Shown here piece after piece: positions 21,083 to 32,141 of a stretch of 64,000 nt of DNA (position 1 is the stretch's first letter; each line of letters begins with the position of its first letter). Origin of the DNA: an uncultured delta proteobacterium (GTDB taxonomy: Bacteria > Bdellovibrionota > FAC87 > UBA2466); contig CAVZSV010000004.1 in NCBI GenBank assembly GCA_963778115.1, positions 1,792,001 to 1,856,000 on the forward strand, given 5' to 3'. The notes under the pieces are model-generated. The model searched no databases. It had not been told where the DNA came from and was given only the letters and a program-made list of their open reading frames with translations. The position numbers and the translations under genes were made by a program.

Positions 21083-21937
21083 ATGAAATCGCTGATTTTA
21101 ATAGCGTGGCTTGGAGTCTCGACTCTGGTGACCAGCGTGGCCGTCGCTCGCTGCGATCTAGAACTCCTTGCTAGGTATGCCTACCGAACTCCAGGCGGTC
21201 GGACTTCCGAGGATAAGGCCTACTGGTTCCACTACAAAAATACGCCCGCTCCTCGACCTACCCTATGGGATCTCTCCGATCCCGATCCCTATGCCACAGC
21301 GCCTGAGATCGCGAATTGGCCTAGGATCATCGGCGTGAATCAACACCAACCTTTCATCCCCACCGCCCACGAAAGAGACCTCCTTCTTATGAGAAAGGGC
21401 GATATTGTAATTTTCGACGGATGTGAATACCGGATCGACGAATTTTTTGGCGCTGGAAACTCCACGCATGTCTATTCGGTAGTGCAGCCATCGGAACTAG
21501 TACTCGGAGTTCCCTTCCTGTCCGGATTTTGGGGACAAATACTCAGAACGGGCACACGCCCCACCCATCTGCACGATATGCGTTATTCGATGGAAATCAG
21601 TACGGTATCATTGCAAGGAAAACGCCATGCAGTCAGAGTCTACTCCGATCCTTCCGGTAGGTACCGTTACCGATTCACCACGAAAGTCAGAGGACGCCGA
21701 GAGTCGGGATGGGAACTAATCCAAAGACTCTTTCCTGATGTCACCATCGGCCAGAACGTCTATTCACTGAAAATGGAGGCTGTGGAGAATCTGCAGGACC
21801 GAGTTCGTCTCGAGCGACTCATTAGTTACTTGATGCAAGAGAGAGATTTTTCTGCCGAAAGGGCGAGCGACTTTCTTTGGGATGAGGATCGGACAGATTG
21901 GCTTCGGATCGATGGCGATGACAGTCGATGGTATTAG
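21083..21937 (+). CDS. Secreted hypothetical protein
   Basis: Signal peptide MKSLILIAWLGVSTLVTSVAVA from ATG 21083. Confidence 0.6.
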   Translation: MKSLILIAWLGVSTLVTSVAVARCDLELLARYAYRTPGGRTSEDKAYWFHYKNTPAPRPTLWDLSDPDPYATAPEIANWPRIIGVNQHQPFIPTAHERDLLLMRKGDIVIFDGCEYRIDEFFGAGNSTHVYSVVQPSELVLGVPFLSGFWGQILRTGTRPTHLHDMRYSMEISTVSLQGKRHAVRVYSDPSGRYRYRFTTKVRGRRESGWELIQRLFPDVTIGQNVYSLKMEAVENLQDRVRLERLISYLMQERDFSAERASDFLWDEDRTDWLRIDGDDSRWY

Positions 21938-21991
21938 GCAAATCTAGTCAAGCCATGACGGGCAGGTACTCAATCATAGCCAGATAGGATT

Positions 21992-22801
21992 TTAAAGACA
22001 AAAACCGGTGTCCGTTTTCCGACAATCGTGAGTCAGGGTGTTCAAACCGGGGGCAGGTCCGCTTATGGTCTTCTTGTCTTTGAGCACGTAGGTGGTCTCA
22101 AAGGCGCCGTAGATCATATTCACTTTTGGTAGAATCTGGGTTTGGTAGAAATTTTGAAACTCAAGGGGATAAGGCGGGTTCCCGAATTCCGCTAGTAAAA
22201 ACGCAAGAATTTGTTTGGGATCCGTGGACGAAAAGGCCGGCTCGGCGAGAGTATCTTGAAAAGAATTTAGATCGATTAGGGACGGAAAAAATGTGGACTG
22301 GGCACGTTGGTCCTTGATTTGAAAAGTAGCATTGGAACCGGCCCCCGACACGACTCCCGACTGAATTGAAAACCTGGCAAACACGCCAAAGGCTCTCTCG
22401 AAGGGAACCACGTTATTTCCATAGATGGGTTTTCCTTCCAGACTAGCGATTTGTTCTCGAAGAACGGAAAGGTCGCTACTACTTACCGCTTGAATGGCTA
22501 GATTTATTTCAAACTGGGCAAGCTCTCCCACTTTATTGCGATAGCATGCCAGCGTTAAATCAGTCCAAATGCGATCCTCGTCCATAAGATCACTAAATGG
22601 CTTTGCAAGCGCTGAAAGTAGTTTTCCCGTACACAAGACGGGAATATTAGTTTGATACCAACCATCGGTGACCCAAGTCGCTGTCTTGCGTTCTCTATGG
22701 CCAGGGACCTTATGGTTAAACGAAGAGACCATCAAAGAGGAATTGCTAGCGATCGCACTTAAGGAAAACAGACAAATCCCGGTAAGCAAACATTTAATCA
22801 T
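21992..22801 (-). CDS. Secreted hypothetical protein
   Basis: 269-aa ORF with signal peptide ending AIA-S. Confidence 0.65.
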   Translation of the reverse strand: MIKCLLTGICLFSLSAIASNSSLMVSSFNHKVPGHRERKTATWVTDGWYQTNIPVLCTGKLLSALAKPFSDLMDEDRIWTDLTLACYRNKVGELAQFEINLAIQAVSSSDLSVLREQIASLEGKPIYGNNVVPFERAFGVFARFSIQSGVVSGAGSNATFQIKDQRAQSTFFPSLIDLNSFQDTLAEPAFSSTDPKQILAFLLAEFGNPPYPLEFQNFYQTQILPKVNMIYGAFETTYVLKDKKTISGPAPGLNTLTHDCRKTDTGFCL

Positions 22802-23018
22802 GTGTGTGGATATCCTTGTGTGTCTTGAACTAAAATTTCAGTCGATAAAATTTTGTCTATAGTAATGCAGAAAATTCACCACAGCATGACTCTGCGCGGT
22901 CTTAGTGCGGAGACGTTTTGTCCCTACCCCATGTGAATTTTACAATCGACAGTCCTTAGCGAATTCCTCTTGCGCCCTACTCATCCTTAACTTTAATTTG
23001 ATGGGGGGAGGGGAACAG

Positions 23019-26000
23019 ATGATCACACGCCGTCACGGGATATGGGCTTACTTCATTCTATTTTCGATGACATTCGCGATTGGGAATTCAACGCAAGCGG
23101 ACGTCTCGGCACTGACTCCGGAGCTTGCGGAACTTTTGTCTCATAACGTCAATCGTTCGGTGATCGTTCTTCTTAAAAATCGCGTCACCGATGATGAAGC
23201 AACGAGTGATCAAGAACCTCTAATAGACGAACTGCGGCAAGTCGGAGGGATCCGAGTAAAACGCTTTCGCATGATTAATGCCATCGCCGCCACCGTATCC
23301 GAAGGAGAGTTGGCGCGCCTTAAAGCGCACCCAATGGTGGCGCAAGTCATTCCAGATCGAGTCATTCGTCGTGCCCCGTCTCAGTCCGTCGGGGCCATAC
23401 CAAGCAGGGCGAGTGGAGCGGGCGTCAGTGCGCTGATTCCCAATGTGATCCCCGGCGCCTGCGGTGATAATGGCAAAGTTCAACTGGAACCGGAAGCTTT
23501 AGAAACCACCCACACAAATTCCGATACTTCTTCTACCCCCACGGCTCGCTCTCTCGGTTTGACCGGTGCCGGTGTGAAGGTCGCCTATATGGCGGAGGGA
23601 ATTGATACCCAAAATGTAAACTTTCTCAGAGCGGATGGAACTTCCGCTTTTGCGGACTACCAAGATTTTAGTGGTGACGGCCCCGGGGGCGTTACCGACG
23701 GAGACGAAGCTTTCCTCGATGCGAATGCCATCGCGGGCCAAGGACTTCATGTTTACGATGTCAGTAACTTCAGTGCGCAGTCAGCACCTGCCGCATGCAA
23801 TGTTCGGATCGAAGGGGTGGCTCCCGGGGTCGATTTAGTAGGCCTCAAGGTATTTAGTCAAACCAACGATTCGACGCAATCTGGGTTTCTTCAAGCGATC
23901 GAATATGCGGTCTCCATTGCCCACGTCAATGTTCTAAACGAATCCTTCGGTTCAAACCTTTTCCCTGATGTCACTTCGGCTGACATTTTAAAACAGTTTA
24001 ACGATGCCGCCGTTCAGGCCGGAGTCACGGTCACCGTTTCCAGCGGAGACGCCGGATCCACCAATACGATAGGGACACCCGCCACGGATCCTCTGGTGAT
24101 CTCAGTGGGCGCTTCGACGACCTACCGCTTTTATGCGCAGACCAATTACGCGGCCGCTCGTTATTTTGCGACGACCGGCTGGCTGAATGACAACATCAGC
24201 CCGCTTAGCTCGGGGGGGTTTACTCAAACGGGAGCTACTTTAGATCTCGTGGCTCCCGGAGATCTTGCCTTTGCCTCTTGCGATGCTAGCTCCAACTATC
24301 AAGGCTGCCTCGATCTCGATAATCGGCCTTCCAATGTGGAAAAGAGCGGAGGAACCAGCATGGCCGGTCCCCTCACCGCGGGAGCTGCCGCCCTTGTCAT
24401 CCAGGCCTATCGACAAAGCCATGCCAACGTCTCGCCCACCCCGGCAATGGTAAAGCAAATTCTGCTAAGTGCGGCGACCGATCTTGGACTTCCTTCCATT
24501 GAACAGGGCGCGGGCATTTTGAATAGCTACAAAGCAGTAGTCCTCGCCGAAATGGTGGATAACGGGACGGTACCCGCCTCTCAACCCGCAACGTCCGCAA
24601 ACGAACAGCCGTTACTCTTTTCGGTGAATCAGTTGAATGGAGTGGGAGTGGCAGCATCTAAACAAAGATGGCCAGTCACCGTCACCAACACCACGCAAGT
24701 AGGGCAACAAGTAACCGTAACGGGTCGCACCTTTGGACCTATCGCAAACGTGCAGACCGGAGTAGCTACCTTAATGGACTCGTCGAGTCCGCAATTCGTC
24801 GATTTCGCGGGTGTCCAGAGCAATTATCAAACGTTTACTTTCACCGTGCCCGCTAGCGGCGCTGATAAATTGAACGCATCGCTTGCCTATCCCGGAAATG
24901 CGGCGAATGGAGATAATGCTCGAATCCGACTCATTCTCATCGATCCTAAAGGAAGGTTCGCGGCCCACTCAGTCCCACAAGGTGTCGGTAACTTTGGGAG
25001 CGTTGATGTCAGAACTCCCCTCCCCGGAACGTGGACGGGAGTTATCTTCGGAGAGGTCGCCTCCGCTAAAGGAACCAACGGAAAGATTCCGTGGCAGATC
25101 TCAACTCAGTCCTTCGTTCCCTTCGGGCGTGTGTCGCGTCCCAGCTTTTTCCTTGCTCCCGGCGAGAGCCAAACTTTTCGAGTGGCGGCAACCGTTCCGA
25201 CGACACCTGGAGATTCCTCGGGTGCCATCGTTATCACTTCTTCGGTTGGCGGAACCGATACCTATGTCGGAACGGAAAGCGGAACGATCCCAGTAACTCT
25301 GCGGAGTCTAGTAAACCTCGCCTCCGGCGGAGGCTTTGGCGGAATCGTGACTGGTGGCAATGGGCGCCCGGATGGCGGCGGTCAGACTCAGTACTACGAA
25401 TTTGACGTTGACGCTGGCCACTCAAGCCTTGTCGCTAACCTTTCCCTTACTAATGACGGCAGCGATACGGTAGGTTTGTACTTAGTCAATCCGGACGGAG
25501 TCGCCGTGGGCTTTGGTCAAAATAGTATCGGGGGAAGCAATAGCCTCTCTGTGACTGCTTCAACGCTAAATCCCCCGGCTGGGCGCTGGACACTCATTGC
25601 AAGTTTCTCCAATGTCGTGGGAAATGAAATCGCCCAGGCCTACACGGGTTCTCTTCAACTGGATCCCGTAGTCGCTACCGCAAGCGAATTGCCAAATAGC
25701 ATGTTTACTCAACTACCGGCTGGAGTTCCCGTAACCATTCCGGTCACGGTTACCAACTCCGGGGCAGGTCCCGTATCCCTTTTTATCGACGCACGACTGG
25801 ATAGTGTGGTCAATATTCCTTTAGCAGCCATGGGACTACCGACTGGATTTAAAGGTTTCCAGGTTCCGCTACCTCTGACAGCCCAGCCTCCGCAGTGGCT
25901 GGTCCCGACACAGACATTGGGACTCTTGGCGGTAGCAACGGCAAATGTTCCCATCGAGTTCGACTATAGTCCCAGTAGCGATCCGGATCTGTATGGAACA

Positions 26001-26432
26001 CCGACGGATAACGGCGCTGGCCCCACGTACACGGCGCAAAGCTCCTATACTCCAACAGGTGGAGTCGTCTCCCCAGGAATCTGGACAGCCACTCCAAGTG
26101 AGATAGGACCCTATCCGGCAAGTGGGGCACCGGAAGGCTTGGTGAATTTCCAGTTCACGGCGACCACAAAGGCTTTCGACATGACGATCACCGCTCCGAC
26201 TGGCGATCTGTGGCTTTCGTCGACAAACGCTTCCTACTCGGGTCTGACTCCCGTTATCGTGAATCCTGGCGAATCCACGGTGATCAATGTCACGCTGACA
26301 CCTTCCGGGGCTTCGGGAGCCCAAATGAGTGGAACGCTTTATGTCGATGCGTCGGTTCCTTCAGTTCCGCCGTTTGGGCAGACAACGGGAAGCGAGTATG
26401 CTGCGATCCCTTACGTCTATACGGTTAAATAA
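23019..26432 (+). CDS. Large secreted subtilase (S8/S53 clan) with I9-like prodomain and C-terminal beta-sandwich domains
   Basis: Prodomain INAIAATVS...HPMVAQVIPD; GAGVKVA, EAFLD, GVAPG, SSGDAG, GGTSMAGP; RBS GGGGGAGG before ATG 23019. Confidence 0.9.
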   Translation: MITRRHGIWAYFILFSMTFAIGNSTQADVSALTPELAELLSHNVNRSVIVLLKNRVTDDEATSDQEPLIDELRQVGGIRVKRFRMINAIAATVSEGELARLKAHPMVAQVIPDRVIRRAPSQSVGAIPSRASGAGVSALIPNVIPGACGDNGKVQLEPEALETTHTNSDTSSTPTARSLGLTGAGVKVAYMAEGIDTQNVNFLRADGTSAFADYQDFSGDGPGGVTDGDEAFLDANAIAGQGLHVYDVSNFSAQSAPAACNVRIEGVAPGVDLVGLKVFSQTNDSTQSGFLQAIEYAVSIAHVNVLNESFGSNLFPDVTSADILKQFNDAAVQAGVTVTVSSGDAGSTNTIGTPATDPLVISVGASTTYRFYAQTNYAAARYFATTGWLNDNISPLSSGGFTQTGATLDLVAPGDLAFASCDASSNYQGCLDLDNRPSNVEKSGGTSMAGPLTAGAAALVIQAYRQSHANVSPTPAMVKQILLSAATDLGLPSIEQGAGILNSYKAVVLAEMVDNGTVPASQPATSANEQPLLFSVNQLNGVGVAASKQRWPVTVTNTTQVGQQVTVTGRTFGPIANVQTGVATLMDSSSPQFVDFAGVQSNYQTFTFTVPASGADKLNASLAYPGNAANGDNARIRLILIDPKGRFAAHSVPQGVGNFGSVDVRTPLPGTWTGVIFGEVASAKGTNGKIPWQISTQSFVPFGRVSRPSFFLAPGESQTFRVAATVPTTPGDSSGAIVITSSVGGTDTYVGTESGTIPVTLRSLVNLASGGGFGGIVTGGNGRPDGGGQTQYYEFDVDAGHSSLVANLSLTNDGSDTVGLYLVNPDGVAVGFGQNSIGGSNSLSVTASTLNPPAGRWTLIASFSNVVGNEIAQAYTGSLQLDPVVATASELPNSMFTQLPAGVPVTIPVTVTNSGAGPVSLFIDARLDSVVNIPLAAMGLPTGFKGFQVPLPLTAQPPQWLVPTQTLGLLAVATANVPIEFDYSPSSDPDLYGTPTDNGAGPTYTAQSSYTPTGGVVSPGIWTATPSEIGPYPASGAPEGLVNFQFTATTKAFDMTITAPTGDLWLSSTNASYSGLTPVIVNPGESTVINVTLTPSGASGAQMSGTLYVDASVPSVPPFGQTTGSEYAAIPYVYTVK

Positions 26433-26508
26433 TCTAGTTAGCCCGGCCCGAAAATGGGATCGCCGGAATCATCCTCTCATCGTATAATTAAATTTTGGGG
26501 GGACTTTA

Positions 26509-27333
26509 ATGCTTTGGAGTATTTTCTTCTTCCTTGCGGTCATGGCGAAAGCTGACGACGCCAAAGCGCCCCCGCCTCCTTCTCTTCCACCGCCGCAGAT
26601 GCCAGCACCTCATTCGAGAAATACAGAGCGGTACTCGGCGGAGCCCAGAGACGCTGGCACCCTGGCTAATGACTCCGATGAAGCTCTTCCCCGAGTTGCG
26701 CACCAAATGTTCATCGAAGACGATCGCCGGATCAAATGGTTTTCCTTTCAAGCAGATGCAGATATCGATCAGGCGAAAAAGGTCGCGACACTCGCCACGA
26801 CGGATCTTAAGACTTTGGAAGGAGAGCTTTCTAAACGACTCCATACCAGGCTAGTATCTGCTGTGGCGAACTCTGGAATGTCCGAAGCGGATGTGGAGAT
26901 TTTGATCAGTGATCAAACGACAAAGTTACGTGAAGCAAAGAGAAAAGAAGACCTGGCCAGACTTCGGTTAAATGAAGTTCAGAATAATATTCGCTACAAC
27001 CAACAGGGGAAACAAAGAGCGCTGAAAGGCGTTAGCCAATTCCAAACTCAAGCGCAAAAGAACGATTACCTCAAACAAGTCGACCTTGAAATTAACGATA
27101 GGGTCAAAGAAGAGGCCAAGCTTCAAGAAAAGATACACACCGCCCATGCAGACAACCGGGCGGCTTGGGATGCCCTCGATAAGTTAAAACTCTCATATGA
27201 TGAGATCTCTGGATTAGTCGTCTTAATCGACGACAAGGGCGAAGCCTCCGCCCGTCTCAACGGGGGAAAACTCCGCGGAAATTCGCCCACGTTTGTCGGA
27301 TGGAGCGGGCTAATTAATCACATCTCCCCTTAA
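26509..27333 (+). CDS. Secreted coiled-coil hypothetical protein with Pro-rich N-terminus
   Basis: Signal peptide ending AKA-D; PPPPSLPPP; K/E/Q-rich helical region. Confidence 0.65.
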   Translation: MLWSIFFFLAVMAKADDAKAPPPPSLPPPQMPAPHSRNTERYSAEPRDAGTLANDSDEALPRVAHQMFIEDDRRIKWFSFQADADIDQAKKVATLATTDLKTLEGELSKRLHTRLVSAVANSGMSEADVEILISDQTTKLREAKRKEDLARLRLNEVQNNIRYNQQGKQRALKGVSQFQTQAQKNDYLKQVDLEINDRVKEEAKLQEKIHTAHADNRAAWDALDKLKLSYDEISGLVVLIDDKGEASARLNGGKLRGNSPTFVGWSGLINHISP

Positions 27334-27729
27334 ATCGGGAATTTGCAAACGCACCGCCGAAGGTGTCTTCTATCACTCCTTGCGGCCCAAACTTTTCCGC
27401 CGGCATCGGTTAGAGAAACCTCAGTTACCCAGCCCTTTTCCTTCATCCCCCCACAATACGTAGGAACGTTTCACGAGTAACTCCAGTGCCCAGACTCTCG
27501 TTTCGTACCGCGCGACCCGAAATTTTCATAAACGTTACAAGGCCCAGAACCAAAAATAGAGGTTTCATGAGCGTCTTAGATAACGAGGTCGACTTTTTCT
27601 ATGCTTTACAGCGAAGCTTGATTGACACAGTGAGTTAAAAACTGCTAACCACTGAGCCATTGGTAGCGAGGTGCTCATGAGTAACGATTGTTTTTATTGT
27701 TCTTTTCTTATCGTCTCAAGTGAGAAGCT

Positions 27730-29304
27730 ATGAAGACTACTAAGCAGCCTTATTCAGTTGGGCCTTTACTCCTCGGAATGGGGCTAGTCATGAATCTCCT
27801 TTGCCCCCTTACGGCATCAGCTTATCTGGTATTTGAATTCCCCTCGGGAAAGATCGCGGTCCTGTCGTCAGAAGGCGGCACGGTCAAACATCAAAATTGC
27901 GGACACACGGAACTAACCCTATCCCAACTCGAAGATCTCGCGCTCAAGCCACAGGGGTTAACAAACTTTTGCCATAAAGCTTCACAGCAACCCGACTATT
28001 CCACTTTCGAAACGGACTACGTTATTTCGGTACAGAGTCTCTTTGGAGTTCCCCTTCGTTACGCGGGAATCGATGCCGTCTCTCGACTTAGCCGACGAAG
28101 AATTGAAGGAGAAAGGACGAGTGCAAACGGAACGCCGCCTGAAAAGATTGCGGAAAAAATTTATGCCGCAAACAGCGAGATCTTGGCCCATCTGGGAAGC
28201 GAGTCGCACCGTATTCTTTCTAAAGTAAACGACGGCCCACTGGTTCAATTGGCTTACGATGCCCTATTGCCAAACTACTACGGAAGCGACCGCTTTTGGA
28301 CGCTCTCGAATGCTACGACAGCGAGCAATCTAGACGAAGCATGTCCCGCGGGCTCGGTAATAGTATCGATCGATCGCATTTTAAACTCGCCGTCTTTTCT
28401 TGAGATCGTCGACTGGCTATCCCGCCAGAAAAAAACGACGGATATCCGAATATTGACCTGGTATCGATGGAATGAGGCGGTGAAGTACGACGAAGAGGCG
28501 ATTGGATATGTCGCTAAAGAGCAAGCCTTTGTGCTGACACCGAACCAAGCGGCGGTGGAGTGGAAAAAAAGGGCGAAGGGAGTCGTACCCGCCACTAGCA
28601 GTAGGGACGTTACCTTGGCTTCGCTACCCGGGATGACGGAACGAGAACGATTCCTCTATCCCGTTGCCACGTCCGATAAGGGGAACTACCGCCCTCTGTG
28701 CACGCGAATTTTTTCTCCTCTTGAGGATGAGGAGAAAGAAGGTTACGTCGAACAGGCCCAGCAATCGCTATTGCCTATCGCTCGATCTTTTCAGTGGACA
28801 GTACCCGCTCTGTTTCGAAAGGCCAGTGCTAACGAAACCTTCGAAAGACTCTTCTCCAAAGGGCTCTCTAATGAAGAAAAAAGGGACTGGCGATTCGATT
28901 TGAGCGAGGCTTTGGGTTTCAACCTAAAAAGTGTCGGCCAAGCGAGCGAAGAGAGCATAAACCATAGGGCTATAGCCCAAGCGAGACAGGAGCTCCAGTC
29001 TATCAGACAAACGAGAAACGCGGCCAATCAGCGTCTCGCGGAAGCATTCGAAAATTTCACAGCGACTGCCCATCGAGTTGATACACGCATCGATCCGTTA
29101 AACCCCGAATATCATGCAGCTAGAGATCATATTCACCAAGTCCAGCGCGAGATCGGCAGATCAAGTTATGATTGGAGTGTGGCCGAAGGAAAGGCGCAAT
29201 CTAAGGTTGCCCAGCTTGAAGAGGAGCAGAAGTCCATTAGGGCTAAATGGGAGCAACGCACCTACACTAGAAACTTAGGTGTGCTTTCCCATTTGAACCC
29301 CTAA
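27730..29304 (+). CDS. Secreted hypothetical protein with C-terminal coiled coil
   Basis: 524-aa ORF; signal peptide ending ASA-Y. Confidence 0.65.
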   Translation: MKTTKQPYSVGPLLLGMGLVMNLLCPLTASAYLVFEFPSGKIAVLSSEGGTVKHQNCGHTELTLSQLEDLALKPQGLTNFCHKASQQPDYSTFETDYVISVQSLFGVPLRYAGIDAVSRLSRRRIEGERTSANGTPPEKIAEKIYAANSEILAHLGSESHRILSKVNDGPLVQLAYDALLPNYYGSDRFWTLSNATTASNLDEACPAGSVIVSIDRILNSPSFLEIVDWLSRQKKTTDIRILTWYRWNEAVKYDEEAIGYVAKEQAFVLTPNQAAVEWKKRAKGVVPATSSRDVTLASLPGMTERERFLYPVATSDKGNYRPLCTRIFSPLEDEEKEGYVEQAQQSLLPIARSFQWTVPALFRKASANETFERLFSKGLSNEEKRDWRFDLSEALGFNLKSVGQASEESINHRAIAQARQELQSIRQTRNAANQRLAEAFENFTATAHRVDTRIDPLNPEYHAARDHIHQVQREIGRSSYDWSVAEGKAQSKVAQLEEEQKSIRAKWEQRTYTRNLGVLSHLNP

Positions 29305-29439
29305 AAAAGAGCCTTTGAAGATAGCCCTGTTGTCGAATGGACATTTGCGTCATTCGACTTTCCTTATTTTCAGTTGATCCCCTGAAAAATTCCAGTCATC
29401 ATATTAATGCCATTCCTTTAACCCATGGACCCCTCAAAA

Positions 29440-30393
29440 ATGATGAATACCCGAAAAATTTATGCCTGCATTGGTTTACTGTTTGTACTGCTGATGGCCT
29501 CAGCTTCCAATTGCAAAAAGAGTTCTCCTACAACCACTACCACCACCACAACGCCGACCACGGCTCCTGGCAGTTTTAGTATCACTTCTACAACTGCAAC
29601 CATCGGCCAAGTCGCCGTCAGTTGGGGCGATTCGAGTGGGGCTACGAGTTACACCCTCAAATATGGAACTACAAGTGGGACCTACTCGACGACGTTTAGT
29701 ACAAGCGCAAGAAGCCCGGCGACCGTTACCGGACTAACCTTCGGGACAACCTATTATTTTATGGTGACGGCGGTCAATTCTGTGGGAACGACCAATGCTT
29801 CGTCAGAAGCGTCCTCTACACCGCTGGGAGGAATGAACTGTTATGATGGTTTCATTTCTGAAGATTCCACAGGTTACTACCTTTATCACGCGAGTTCCGC
29901 TAACCCGATCTCTTATCTAACGAATCTTATGGGTAACCAGATTACCAGAATTTCTTTCCCTCTCTCCTTGCAGGATCCCAGCGGAGTGAACACGGAAGGG
30001 ACAGCTTATAGCGGATCGATTACTCTTAACGTTTATTCTTGTGTCGCTCCCGGCGCCGCTCCTTCAACGGGAACGCTCGTGGGAAGCGCCGTGGCAACTT
30101 ACGACGATGAAACCGGAGGTGTTTTCGCCCTTAGTACCACGGGGGCCGGCACCCAAGGTGACATGACCAATTTCTCATTCTCCTCTTCCCCCATCGCTAT
30201 TCCAACCAGTTGCTCGGGTGGAAAATACCAATTAGCGCTCGAATTTACGGGCTTCTCAGGGTTTGCCAGTGAATATGTGCTAGCCCCCATTGAGTCCGCG
30301 AGTTCTACTTGCTTCCTGAACGTTTCCGGTAGTTCAACGACGGCAAGTTCCGGAACTACCAATGCCTATCAAGCCATCATCACGGTGGAATAA
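29440..30393 (+). CDS. Ser/Thr-rich lipoprotein-like protein with a fibronectin type III domain
   Basis: Hydrophobic leader then Cys (ASNC); poly-Thr linker; Fn3 signature VSW...GATSYTLKYG...VTGLTFGTTYYFMVTAVN. Confidence 0.8.
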   Translation: MMNTRKIYACIGLLFVLLMASASNCKKSSPTTTTTTTTPTTAPGSFSITSTTATIGQVAVSWGDSSGATSYTLKYGTTSGTYSTTFSTSARSPATVTGLTFGTTYYFMVTAVNSVGTTNASSEASSTPLGGMNCYDGFISEDSTGYYLYHASSANPISYLTNLMGNQITRISFPLSLQDPSGVNTEGTAYSGSITLNVYSCVAPGAAPSTGTLVGSAVATYDDETGGVFALSTTGAGTQGDMTNFSFSSSPIAIPTSCSGGKYQLALEFTGFSGFASEYVLAPIESASSTCFLNVSGSSTTASSGTTNAYQAIITVE

Positions 30394-30673
30394 ATATTCC
30401 TCGTACCGGGTGGTGTATCTTCTTATTTTCGTCTAGAAAGAGATCCTATGTTGCGGATCCTTCTTCGGCGACTCACCCCTTTACCCTTCCCGGATTTACC
30501 CTCCAGTTTACTCAAGGCCGGACGCCCGTTGTCGGGACTTCTACCGTCGAAGGTTTACCTAAACAAGATCATCAATGGATATAAAAAGCTTCCCTCTCTA
30601 CCCCCGAGTCTTCTCGAGTCTCTAGAGAGGCACCCCAGCATTCCCACCATGGTTCCAAAAAGCACGTCGAGCA

Positions 30674-31009
30674 ATGGATCCAAAGGCGGATGCCGTGGTT
30701 GTCTCCAATCATGGAGGTCGCCAAATTAAAGGCGAAATGGGTTTACTAGATGCTCTTCCAGCAGTCGTTGCCGCAGTAGAAAAGGATTTTCCTGTTCTTT
30801 TTGACAGTGGAATTCGAAGAGGCCAGAACGTGTTTAAAGCAATCGCTCTGGGAGCAAGGGCGGTCTTAGTCGGGCGACCTTGGGTCTACGGACTGGGACT
30901 TGCGGGTTTGGAAAACTTAATTGCGGATCTATATTTCACTTTAACATTGAGCGGGCATAACGAGCCTTCCACCGTTAAGCCTGATTGTCTCCAGCGGGTG
31001 ATTCCTTAG
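30674..31009 (+). pseudogene. C-terminal fragment of an FMN-dependent alpha-hydroxy acid oxidase (lactate oxidase/monooxygenase family)
   Basis: VVSNHGGRQ, DSGIRRG, ALGARAVLVGRP present; the N-terminal two thirds are missing. Confidence 0.8.
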
Positions 31010-31070
31010 TCGTGCTGTGCGCTGCGAGTTGTGAACTTGAGATTTACGGAAAATCGGGGACAATGAGGCT

Positions 31071-31688
31071 ATGGCAAAGAAAAATTCCGCTGTCGATGCG
31101 TACGTGATCAAAGCCCGTCCCTTTGCAAAACCCATCTTAAAGCGACTGCGGACGATCATTCACAAAGGATGTCCCAAAGTTACCGAAGATATCAAATGGG
31201 GCTCTCCTTTCTATCTTTATCAAAATCGAGTCCTGTGCGCGACGATGGCTTTCAAGGAACACTGCGCTCTTGTTTTTTGGAAGTCTGCTTTGATCCGAAG
31301 GAAACTCGGCAAGAAGGCCAAAGATGACCTGAAACTTTTTCGTCGAATTTCTCTCTTAGAGGAGCTTCCTTCGGAGCGGGACTTACTCGCTTATATTAAA
31401 CTCGCTATGCATTTCAACGAACCCACCACTAAACTCCCCCCGCGCGAAAAACGTTCAACACCTGTGAAAGTTCCAAAGGAGCTGACGTACGCTTTGCAAG
31501 CTAACCCGAAAGCGCTAGCGACTTTCGAATCCTTTCCTCCGTCTAAAAGGAAAGACTACATCTTTTGGATCCTTGACGCCAAAACAGAACAGACCCGCGA
31601 ACGCAGACTCGAAACCGCCATCGATTGGATGTCTCAGGGCAAATCACGCAATTGGAAATACGAGGCTCTCAAAAAGAAGAAACGTTGA
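31071..31688 (+). CDS. YdeI/OmpD-associated family protein (DUF1801 plus OmdA domain)
   Basis: VDAYV...EDIKWGSP...AFKEHC; FESFPPSKRKDYIFWILDAKTEQTRERRL...GKSRNWKY. Confidence 0.85.
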   Translation: MAKKNSAVDAYVIKARPFAKPILKRLRTIIHKGCPKVTEDIKWGSPFYLYQNRVLCATMAFKEHCALVFWKSALIRRKLGKKAKDDLKLFRRISLLEELPSERDLLAYIKLAMHFNEPTTKLPPREKRSTPVKVPKELTYALQANPKALATFESFPPSKRKDYIFWILDAKTEQTRERRLETAIDWMSQGKSRNWKYEALKKKKR

Positions 31689-31788
31689 GACGTATTTTGT
31701 GAACTAGGTAGTTTCACAGGTTTATCCGAATCATCGCCCCTTCCTAACTCACCGCGAAATTCTTAATTTGACTTTTCTGACAAAATAT

Positions 31789-31804
31789 ACAACTATATAG
31801 TTGT
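31789..31804. promoter_or_regulatory. Probable ArsR autoregulatory operator
   Basis: Perfect 16-bp palindrome ACAACTATATAGTTGT overlapping the start codon of the ArsR gene. Confidence 0.7.
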
Positions 31805-32141
31805 GTATAACTTGAGCACGACTTTAATGGCTTTATCAGACCCAACCCGTCGAGCAATTCTCGATCGACTTGCGAGAGGACCTGCGACGGTCAACGAAAT
31901 TGCCGAACCTTTTCGGCTAACCCAGCAAGCGATCTCCAAACATCTGGCTTACTTGGAGCGGGCGCGGCTGATCGAAAAACGTCGTGAAGGACGTCAGCAC
32001 TTTTGCACTCTCAACCCCGATTCTTTTCAGAACGTGATTGAATGGGCGGAGAACTGCCGAAAGGTATGGGAGTTGCGCTTCGATCGTCTAGAACAAGTTT
32101 TGCAATCCATGAAAGAGGAGAAACGCCATGGCAAAAAATGA
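31803..32141 (+). CDS. ArsR/SmtB family regulator
   Basis: ALSDPTRRAIL...QQAISKHLAYLERARLI...REGR. Confidence 0.9.
   Translation: MYNLSTTLMALSDPTRRAILDRLARGPATVNEIAEPFRLTQQAISKHLAYLERARLIEKRREGRQHFCTLNPDSFQNVIEWAENCRKVWELRFDRLEQVLQSMKEEKRHGKK

Noticed and set aside
27361..27388. AGGTGTC...CTCCTTGCGGCCC resembling a family A end
   Set aside because: Needs gaps and has no partner arm; could be chance.
27600..27690. Possible riboswitch or leader upstream of the 27730 gene
   Set aside because: A TTGACA and weak pairing are present, but no aptamer consensus that I can recognise.
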